NCBI GenBank assembly: GCA_043228905.1
Contig: JBHGNT010000002.1
Span: 16,306,001-16,370,000 of the forward strand
DNA: 64,000 bases
Direction: 5' to 3'
Origin: Azolla caroliniana
Taxonomy: Eukaryota; Plantae; Polypodiophyta
The position numbers and the translations under genes are program-made. Positions 50,580 through 64,000 of this stretch are shown piece after piece; the stretch's first letter is position 1, and each line of letters starts with the position of its first letter. The notes beneath the pieces were generated by a model. It was not told where the DNA came from. It did not search any database and saw nothing but the letters and a program-made list of their open reading frames with translations.

Positions 50580-51007
50580 ATAATCAGATTTCGTTTTAGG
50601 GTTTTTGACTTGGATTATTCCCATTGTAGACATTTGGCATTTTAATCTTTTATGTAAGTGTTATTTGAAACTTGGAGACATAAGTTTGTGTGAGTTTTGA
50701 GTTTTAAGTTTTTTGCAACTCGAAGTTTAGGGTTTTTTTGAGTAATTTTTATGTAACATTTTCATGGCAAATTTTTGTTTTACACTTGGGATTTTTTGGA
50801 GCTTTTGATGTTTGTTTCTAAGTCAGGCTCCTGAAATGAGAATGAGTCGGGCTCTTGCACTGAGTTAGTCGGGCTGCTGGTGATAGAGGCTGCCAGAGAG
50901 TCGAGGTCCTGGTGACAAAACGCTTTTTTTATCCACATTAGACGGTGCAGATTGCACGCGCTCAGCTGCCGCTAGTACATACTTAACTTAGACACGAGCA
51001 TCATACA

Positions 51008-51040
<33 letters not shown>

Positions 51041-51414
51041 GTAAATTAACACAAAATATATGCATGTAAATAAAATTTAAATGTCTTTTTTGCATTTGGT
51101 TTAGCTTGTTTCATTGAGGGAAGAATGAAAGAAAAAAGAAGAAGAAGAAGAAGAAGAAGAAGAAGAAAAACGCTTGGAAAGCCACTAGAGAAACCATGGC
51201 GTCCCCTCCGCTCTCTTTTTCTGTGTTTCCTTCTCTTCCCTTTCTGCGTCCGTGGGCAGGCCATGGTGACCTTCGCAACTTCTTCAACCAGAGATTGCAG
51301 GTTTTGAAGACCATGTTTACCTAGCCATACTCCATCGCCTTCACTCTTCTCGTTTTCTCTCACCCTTCGAAGACATCATTTTCGTCTATGCTTTCTTCAT
51401 TCTTACCTTCAACC

Positions 51415-51567
51415 ATGGATTCCTTTGAAATCTCCGGGAATGACGTACAGGCAATTAGAGACGTTTTGTCTGTCCACCATGTCCCTGTGGTGGCTTCCTT
51501 ACACTGGGACAAGCTGCACTCCATTTTGCACTCCCTCTGTGACCGGATCGGTCTTCAGGTAATCACC

Positions 51568-51600
<33 letters not shown>

Positions 51601-54600
51601 TATTATTTGGATATATGCATTTGGCGTAATAAACTTTTGTTACTTGTTTGTGTTCTCTTGACGCTTCAATTTGGATGAATAGATTTAGATAGATTCCTGA
51701 CCTTATTTGTCTTTTTGTCCCCATTTTCTTAAATTTCCAGGCTCTTCGTCTTGACAAAGCTGAAGAGCAAGGGAAAGCTTTTATGGGATACAAGGAGGAA
51801 ATGGATGAATTGTGGTAAAGCATCCTTCCCTTTCTTAATATGTGGAAGAATTGAATTGCTGACAAAAACGCTTTGAGCTGTGGTGGCTATGCAACAATGG
51901 CCTAGTTTATAGACAAAAAAATACGTAGAAGAAATGAATAAGCTGCTGTAGGTTACTTTTTCCTTATGTAGGAATTTATTTCTGCAGAGAGTGCGATGAG
52001 GTGTGACCAAATAAATGCTGCACTCAAAAATCTTTCAATAGTTTATAGAAAACTCTGTGAAGAAATGGATAACTTGTAATAGAAAATACTTATATGAATC
52101 ATTCGGATTTCTGTACTCAATGTGTCAACACCTCACTGTTACAATCTCCTGAGACATGCCTTTATTGTATTCAACACTTAAGTAGCAACATATGACATGC
52201 AGCGTCCTGGATTAAACATTCATAATTGATCCCTTGGAAGATAGATGATATGGAAACACTGCCTTTTCATATTCATATGGAGTGTTTCAAGGTATTGTTG
52301 GTATGTTGATGACTGTTGTATTCAAGGGTTAGCCTTTCCAGCAGCAACATGTTGTAAAGAGTTGATTGAGTTCTAGATTAAAAGCATTTTTGGCTATTGG
52401 AATATAGACAGTATGAAAACAATAACTTTCACACATATCATGTGAAGCTTTCAAGCTTTTGTGTGACTAGGATAAAGGCTGTATTGTATTTAAAGTTAGT
52501 CAACTGCACCTGACAACCAATCCCCTCATCTGCGATATTTTGAAAACATTTTGATATCTGAGAAGCTAGACAGAATGGAGACAATACCTTTTCAGTGTTC
52601 ACACACCTTGAATGGAATCTATGGGGATTTTGTACAGAATATAAAAGAATTTTCGAACATTTCATTTGAAATGTTTGAAGCTTTCTTGCAGTGAATAGTG
52701 GCTTTATCATGTCTAAGACTTAAACCGCGACATGTAACAAACAGTTTCCTAGCTCTTTTCATCTTTTGGAAGGTGGATGATACGAAGGTTATACCTTTTC
52801 ATGTTATCTCATGTGGAAAGTTTGAAGCTTTTCTGCAGTAGGAATTGTGTAAAAGAGATGAAAGAAGAAAAAGAAAGTGAAGCAGAACAGCAAAAGAATT
52901 GGGCCAGTATGGTTGAGGAGAAATTGCAAATGTTACAACAAGGGTATGACTTCTTGATTTGGGCATCCACATATACTTAAAGAAAATATGATAAGAAAAT
53001 AATATGAAAATGAATGAATGTGGGCTTGCTTGGAACGAATAAATTATATCTTGGAACTGCGAATATGATAAGGAATATTGCTGCTTGCAAACGCACAGGC
53101 TAAATAACAACAATGATGGCATGAAGCAGCTTGGTGATACCGTAGCAGGGTTACAGAGCTTAGATAGCAAAGTGCAGTCTTTTGAACCACGTTTGGTCGC
53201 ATTAGAAGAAGCGACAAAAAAATTAGATGCATTAGACAAAGTGACTAAATCCACAGACTCTATCCTGGCTTCACAATCTCTTTCCCTTGAGACCTTCAAC
53301 CAAAAAGTTGAAGTTCTTCTTGCAGATTTTGATGAACAACATGACAAACTCCACAGTTTGGAAGAACAAGTTAAGAACCATTTTCATGGCTTCTATAACT
53401 AATCGTTATTTGATAATGTATTGATGTTTTAACATGAATACTTGGAAAGATCCCCTGAACATTAAGAATTAATAATGGATTGGTCGTACATATAGAGCTC
53501 CAAATATAAACTTTAAACCTCTATAAAAAAATTTGGTTTATCAGAGATACAATTCTGTTCACTAAAGTTATGGCAACTTCATTGTAATGCCAGACTGATC
53601 AGCTTAAGCTAAAGCTTGAGCAGACAACATGCTCTCACGCTGCTGACTTGGAGGCCCTCCAACAATATTGCAAAGTAAGAAGTTTCTTTAACAAAAAAAC
53701 TTGAATGAATTTTTCAAAAGTAAGACCAGTTTACAAACTCTGCATTGAGAAAGTTGGTTCATGTAATGTCACTATTTACACATTGATAAGTGAAATCCTT
53801 ATATCAATCCGATATGTATGTATGCATATCCAAAAGTGTAGTCTTTAGAATCTTTTTAGATGTAATATAGAAAGAATTTTTATATGCATGAAATAAATTA
53901 AATGAGACTTAAAATGCATCCTGCAGCGATCAAATATGAGTCTGGATAATGTCTAGTGTATGTGAATGTATATGAAGTGATTTTACACGACTAAACAAGG
54001 TGTCCAGGAATTGGTTTGTCTCATTATACCTAACAAACTAGATTCAAGGTCTAGGGTTTAGAGCTTAGATCAGGTATCCAGCTAATTTTACATATGAGAA
54101 TGAGATATGCAAGGATTAAAGTTAAAGTTTTCTGTTTCTTCTATAATGTTAAAAGTTCTAGTTTCTTTAATGTTTTTCACAGAATCTACGTTCTGATTTC
54201 GAGCTCAAGTTCCTTGTGGAAGCTGCAAAGCCGCATGATGAAGAAATCTCATCAGCCTCAAAAGCAAAGCTTGAGACAGCAGTTGCAGAGCTTCAGAACC
54301 GCATTCAAAAGAAAGCTGATGTGGATGACATGGAAAAGATGTTGCAAATTAACCAGAATCTCAAAGATGTAAGAAATCATAATTTTTCAAGTCATTTCAA
54401 GCTATAAGAGTTTCATAAGATATATCTCTAGTGGGCTGTGACATGTAGACATGTGCAAAAATGGAATCAAGCGTGGTTGAGCTGCAGTCACAGCTGAAGA
54501 GATTAAATGCAGGTTCCAGACGAGCTTCTAGAGCTTCATTTGTAGGCGGTATTCTACCTCTGGAGAGTCAGGTATAGCATCTCAAATGGTAACAAGAGAA

Positions 54601-57600
54601 AAAGGAATTAGTCTACCATCACTTAACTTTTTTTAGGAGAACCCTTGAATGAAGCTTCAAAGATCAGAAATAGACAGCTGACTTGATTATGGAAGTCACG
54701 AAATGTAACTATGTCATCACACATGTATGTCATGCTCTTATTGACTCTCTGAAGAGGAAAAATGAGAGTAATATCCACAACTCTTGATTGTTTGAAGAGG
54801 GTAAATAAGAGCAATAAGCGCGGCTCTTTATTATTTGAATAGGATAAGTATTTTACTCAGTATGCCAACTTGTGACTCCACTTTCTAATAGGAAATATGC
54901 TTTTTGGAGTCATAATTTAGCTAATGGCACTGAGGATTGCACTCCAGTGAAATTGCATGTGGATAAATAAGAGCATTATGCATAGCTCTTTACTGTTTGA
55001 AGAGGATGAATGGAGCAGTATGCACAGCTCTGCACTGTTTGAAGAGGATGAGTATCTGGCTTAGTATACACAACTTTCGACATCGGTTTTTCTGATAGAA
55101 AATATGCCTTTTGGAGGTATAATTTCGCTAATGGCTGCTGAAGATTACACTCCAGTAAAAGGATCATGGATTAATAAAACGATATGTATACTTCTTTACT
55201 GTTGAAGAGGATGAATAATAGCAGTATGCATTACTCTCTGCGGTTGAAGAGGACGAGTATTTCACTTAGTATGCACAACTTTTGACTCGAAAGTATGCTT
55301 TTTAGAGCTGTAATTAAGCTAATGGCTGCTGAAAATTGCACTCCAGTGAAAGGATAATAGAATTCCATTGATGACCATTTCTCCCTGTCCATTTGATGCA
55401 TATTAGCACTTTCTTCCAGCTGACTCTAAGTTTGTACTGAATGGGTTTCATGGAATGCGTACAGATGTCAGAAATTATGAACAGTCCTGGAGAAAAAAAG
55501 GTAATAGGAAAACTCTTTATTTGTTGAGTTGAGAACTCTTGTGTTCTCCTTGCATGCACAGTGAGGGATTTTCCTCCAAGTTACGTGAACTTATACTGGC
55601 TACAAAGTCCTCTTCAGCTATTGAATTTGCTGCCCAAATGGTTGAATTACAGCTCACTGTTATAGATATTATCAATCGCAGATGCATTTATCTTTGCCAG
55701 AGACCAAACCAATTTCGATGGAGGAATTAAGCCCAAAAGTTGAGGAGTTGACCAAAGATATCAAAGAAGCAATTGTAAATCACGATAAAGAGCTGGAAAA
55801 GGTACACACTATCCTGAAGATTTTTGTGTGGAAATGAAACAAAACTGCTAAGTTACCAGTTATATTTTCTGGCAATAATTTGCCTAAACCTTTAAAAATT
55901 GATCTAATAAATATGTTATTAGCTGTTAAAAATGTGCATCTATTGCCTCAAAGAGTTGCATTAAACAGGATAATGCACATGATAAGTGCATCTTGCTAGC
56001 ATTCAAAATGATATTTGCTATCATCCCAGTGAGGACTGGTCAATCACCTTGACTTTGGACATTAGAAAAATTTAGTAGCTGGAAGTAATCAACAATAGAT
56101 AGTCTTTAGAAATTTGATTCTACATCAATTTAGGAACACATTGACAAAAATTGTGAAGCCTGTTTGGTGTAATGAATCAGACTCAATCTCAGTAAAACAG
56201 GGGCCTCAAACACGGGTAAATAAACAATTAGAAATCTTACTTTTAAACTTTTATCCTCTCAGCACTCTTCTCTTACTTCTTCCTTTTCGTCCTCTTGCTC
56301 ATTGCTTTTTCCTAAATCCTGTCTCCTGCTGCTTCACTACACTGCCTTCTTCCAGCATTCCTTATTTCTTAGAGTTCCTTCTCCATTTTCTGTGAATTGT
56401 TCACATGTTCTGGCCTCCTTACACCTCTACTTGCTCTTGTGACTGCTTCTCTAATTTTTTCTCCATTAATTATCCATCCTCTTTAATATTTTCTGTATAT
56501 CTCCTTCATTCTTCATCTGGCTTTTCATTATGGTATTTTGGATATTTGCTTTCCATATGCTTGGTGATTTTCTTTTGCTTCCTGTCATTGTGGTAGTTAC
56601 GCAGATATGACCTGACATACATGTTGTGAACAGGTTCAGAAAGAATTTGGAGTGCTTGGAAGGAGTATCCTCAAGATGTCTGGTCATGAAGAAGATGAAT
56701 TAATGTCAGAAACATTTGATCGTACAGATAAGCTAGTAAAGACATTAGAAGGCCTTGTAAGACAAATGCCTCTGGATGCATCTCCCACTGATCAGGCAAG
56801 AAAGGATATCCTACTTCAGAAGCCTCATGGGTATCTAGATACGAAAGAATCCCAGGAAGGAGAGAATTTCTCAAGCACTCAAGTATTGGAAGGAGCAGAC
56901 ATAAGAAAGGATGAAACTGTGGACCAACTGGCTGGCAATGCTGTTGTGCAAGCAATTGATGTAAGATTAATGGGCCTAGACGAAAGCTAGGCTTCGCTTT
57001 TTTAATCACTTCTATTTAGTATTTTCGCTTGGTAATTTTTGTGTATAATTATAATACCAATAGACAACATAAATTACAGGATGCCTTGAAGGCTAACAAA
57101 TTTGAGCCTAAAGAGAGCATAAAGACCTTTTCAAGGTTATGTGAAGAACTATTAAAGCTTACCACGAAACTTCAAGAACTAGACACAGCAATGCCTGCTT
57201 TGAAGAGTGGTTTGTCAGGCAAAGCGGACAAACGTGATTTACAGGTTTGCCATGATGCAAACAGTTCCTACATAGACAATTCCTATTACTCCTAGTACTA
57301 TGAATTTCACTATATTGTGATATCACAGAACGCTCTGACAAAATGAGAGCAAAACTTTTAGGTTTCAAGAAATTTACAGAATTTTTGGCATTTATATTCT
57401 TTAGTATCTGTTTCATTTCTCTCAATTTGCACTTTTCTTAATTCTATTTGCAACCAGTGGTCTTGCAGAAATTAATCTGTTTTGTAAAAGAGCAGCTGGA
57501 AAGGCCAGAAAATGCCATATTTACTGGAAAACCTTTATTTGGTTTTAAATGCATGTAAGAATCTATGAATATGTTCATAGAAAATTGCCAGTCATATATG

Positions 57601-59061
57601 TTGGTATGAATTTAAATTGTTTTGAGACCCATTTTTTCCAAACTTCGCAGGGCATGTGACCATTCAATAGAGAAGTTGAGCCGTGTAACTGGAGAACATT
57701 TGCCAACAAACAGGATGCCTCCACAAGTTCTTCCAATGCTTTCAGCAGAACGCATTTTTTCACTTGTCAGTTGCATCAACTGAACTACAAATTCCCATAG
57801 GAAACCAATTAGTGTTTTTTCTATTTTTCCAATCAAGAAATTATACAGGTTACGCTATTGCAAGCATTTTGGGTATGTCTAATAGGTAATAGGTATCTTC
57901 CCCATCAAATTGTGTTCATATTCTCGGCCTTTAATTGGCATCATGTAGATACTACAACTACTCATCGTTGTGCAGACGCTCAACATAACATGAGATTCTT
58001 TAGAGGAGCAAATAGAATGTGAGGTAGTGTTTAGTTCAGGTATTTACTCCATATTCATAAGCTTGAAACTCTTGGTTTCTCCTCTAGCAGTGTTATAGGC
58101 ATAACCTTACGGATTCACTCTATAGATAATTTTAATGGGATAAGGGTAGGATAGTTTGAAACCGGTTATCCTAGGAATTGGGACAAACCCATATGAACCT
58201 ATGCCACGTGGGAACATGTGGTGGTCTGGAAGCCTTAGGTATTGAGCTATGTAGAGGAACTAACGACCCCCCCATATTACTGAATTTGGTATGCTGTCGA
58301 GACACTAACCCTAAACCCTGATCTTACTATGCTCTCTAAGTACAGCAGTTGTTCTATGAAGCCACAAGGTCAACTTCGAAGTTACATGATTTACCATTAG
58401 GATTAGCATTAAGATATATATTTTATAACTTATGAGAGGAGTGTTATTGAGAATGATTCCAGTGATCAAGTTTTTATAACTTGGTTAGATTAATAGTGTA
58501 TATGATGAAAAACTAGAACTGACAATCTGCCAGTGATAAACCAGCTGCTTCATGTCAGTACAAATGTGAACTATTAGATTATAGATAAGATACGCATATA
58601 TGACAATTGAATGGATAGCGAAACAGATCTTTAAACTTAAGGGACAACCTGGAATTTTGGCATGTCCCAGAATTCAGGTGATTCTCACAATATGAGTATC
58701 ATTGAAAGCTGTTCTTTGTTATGGGTAACTTTGAAGTTTTCCAAACCTTCAAATGATTACTCTGTAATTAGTTATTTTTCTTCATCAAAAGAACTTTGGA
58801 AGATTTTGAATATATTGTTTCACTCTTTCCTTGGAACTACAAGATTTCAAATTTAACTGAAGTTTTTCTTCTTTCTAAAATTTATTGCAGGATAGGAGAC
58901 CATCAAACAATGCATATGGTCAGTCCATGCAAAGTCCTACTCAAGGGAATAAAACTTGGATTGGAAATCCAAACTTGGGTGTTGGAATTGCTGAAAATGG
59001 AAACGTGGACAAAAGACAACAAAGATTTAGGAAGGGCAGTCCTAAGAAAGCTGTAACATAA
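51415..59061 (+). CDS. multi-exon coiled-coil protein with DUF4795-like C-terminal motif (QRICH2/C16orf96-like)
   Basis: In-frame exons 51415-51558, 51741-51814, 52842-52943, 53099-53369, 53594-53674, 54183-54368, 55682-55801, 56634-56960, 57080-57244, 57469-57554, 57651-~57765 and probable last exon 58891-59061. Motifs LSGKADKRDL and KPLFGFKCMACD. Exons between 57.8 and 58.3 kb are unresolved. Confidence 0.7.
54800..55352. repeat. degenerate ~160-210-bp tandem triplication in an intron
   Basis: GCTAATGGC...GATT(G/A)CACTCCAGT recurs at ~54920, ~55127 and ~55318. Confidence 0.7.
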
Positions 59062-59291
59062 TAAATTTTTGCAGACGTTTATAACTGGCGAGATGGTGGC
59101 AATCCTAGATCTCTTACGTAGCCGAAATTGCACATATTAAATGCTTTTTGAGTTGGTAGAGCCAAGGAAGATCATGATTTTAAACACATGATCTCATTAT
59201 CACTGCCTAATTGTTATTGTCAATGACAATTGTCAAATATATTTGATTAACAGTTCATTCATGAAGCATTTATTCTATGAAAAGTTTGTAC

Positions 59292-59431
59292 TAGGGATCG
59301 GCAACGGTTCGGTGTAGGCTTAGTTTGGCCTCCAAGCCAAACCGGCTAAGCCTAAACCGTTTAAGGGATCTCAAACCTGAACCGAACCGGTTCACAAGCT
59401 CTCCCTCCCATTCTCTCTCACATCTGTGGTC

Positions 59432-59481
<50 letters not shown>

Positions 59482-59742
59482 GTTTGTGTAGTTCTCCCTC
59501 CCTCCCTCTCTTTCTCTCTCTCAAGTTTCTAAACGGCTTTATCGGCTTAGCTTGCTTAAGCTGGTTTGGTGAGGCTCAAGCCAAGCCGAGCCGAGCTCAA
59601 ACCGCTAAGCGGGCTAAGCCAAGCCAAGGCGAGCTCAAACCGTTAAGGCAAGTTCAAGCCTAAACCGAGCCAAGCTGTTGAGCTGCTTTAAGCCGGCTAA
59701 GCCAAACGGTTTAGGCTTGAGCCGAGCCTTTGCCGATCCCTA
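59292..59742. mobile_element. non-autonomous hAT element / MITE (451 bp)
   Basis: TIR TAGGGATCGGCAA. 8-bp TSD GTTTGTAC/GTTTGTTC. Subterminal AAGCC/GAGCC repeats and a (CT)n core. Confidence 0.9.
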
Positions 59743-60859
59743 GTTTGTTCATCTAATATGTTGTATGTATGCCCAACTGGCCTTCAAAACCCAAAACCAT
59801 AATGTCATATCGATACAAAAGCTGTAAGAATGTAATCTACATTGGCAAAACTATCATAGAATGTATGTGAGACATAAATCGATATCCCAAGCTATCCATG
59901 TTTGTGAGAGACAAATCAGCATCCCAAGCTATCCATGCTAGGATCATCTCAAACTCGCATGGTGAATGCCCCCATATCACATTGGTGGATATTGGCATTG
60001 GCAACAGAGTATCTCCACCTCAATATCATTCAAGCCGTAAATCTATGGTATAAGAGACAAATGTAATTGTTCATGCGTATACCCGTGTGCCTACATCAAC
60101 ATACGAAGACGTCAAATGTTAGTATTAGAAAATTTGTCCCAATGGAGAATGCCATCTTCATCCTTGGCCCAAAGTGCGACGAGGGCTTAGCAATGAGGAT
60201 GGCGGCGATGAAATTGTCTCGAGGATTGAGTATCTTCCGTTAGTTGTCAAATCTCTACCAATTGTTATTCATAGCCAATGTGATGTGTCCTAAAGGGTGG
60301 AAATCTATATGTAACGCGTTCTGGTCTTTGGGATTGTAGGATGACGGAGACCAAGAGCTTGTTCGTTCCTTATGCAAGTGAGGTGGCAACCAAGCATCGA
60401 TCATAGGAAAGAAAGGAACATATAGTGAGTTAGTTTGTCATGTGGGTGGGTTGCGAAAGTTGTGATAGTAATATAGTTGTGTACTAGTAGTGAGTAGTAG
60501 CAGATGAATGAATTTGACTCCAACAAAGTATGAATGAATGAATGAATGAATTTGGCTCCAAGGAAGGTTGAATGAATGAATGATGATATATAAATGTATG
60601 TAATAATGTACATATATGGTAATGGTAATGGTCATTGGCCATTGGTATTGGTATTGGTATAGGTATATGCCGTTTGCGGACCAAAAATACTACCTACGAC
60701 TGCTACTAATTATTATTACACAGAGATCCCCCACCCCCTAAAACCAAACCAATAATATATATATATTATACATACATACATATATAGTCTATAGATATAT
60801 ACACCCGAATCCATCCTTTTTCTGTGACAGCCCATCCATCCATCCATCCATCCATAGCC

Positions 60860-64000
<3,141 letters not shown>

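Noticed and set aside
51046-51363. Short ORFs with poly-L/F/R runs
   Set aside because: Produced by the (GAA)n microsatellite in the upstream/5' UTR region.
59900-60420. Coding-like segment upstream of GSNOR
   Set aside because: Stops in all minus-strand frames examined, no long ORF in the track, and no recognisable domain.

Overview
Eukaryotic land-plant genomic DNA, most likely a non-seed plant (fern, lycophyte or bryophyte; inferred from TE types and a flagella-type coiled-coil gene). Two transposon-dense blocks (about 1-27 kb and 32.7-50.6 kb) flank a small orphan 4-exon gene at 30.0-31.5 kb. A gene-rich end holds a multi-exon coiled-coil DUF4795-like gene, a hAT MITE and the 5' part of class III ADH/GSNOR. 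The most unusual object is a ~9 kb TIR-bounded DNA transposon (308-9301). It has a Sola-like DDD transposase and a convergent spliced cargo gene (RING-like finger plus FCP1/NIF-like pseudo-phosphatase), and its introns and subtermini are filled with a 14-bp palindrome, TAGCTAATTAGCTA. The LTR blocks are deeply nested and include Ty1/copia, Tat-like and chromoviral Ty3/gypsy elements. One group of TGTCG...CGACA, tRNA-Trp-primed elements makes 4-bp TSDs centred on CpG, and several LTR families carry antisense tRNA-like A/B-box motifs. All family assignments come from motif recognition by eye; no database searches were run.
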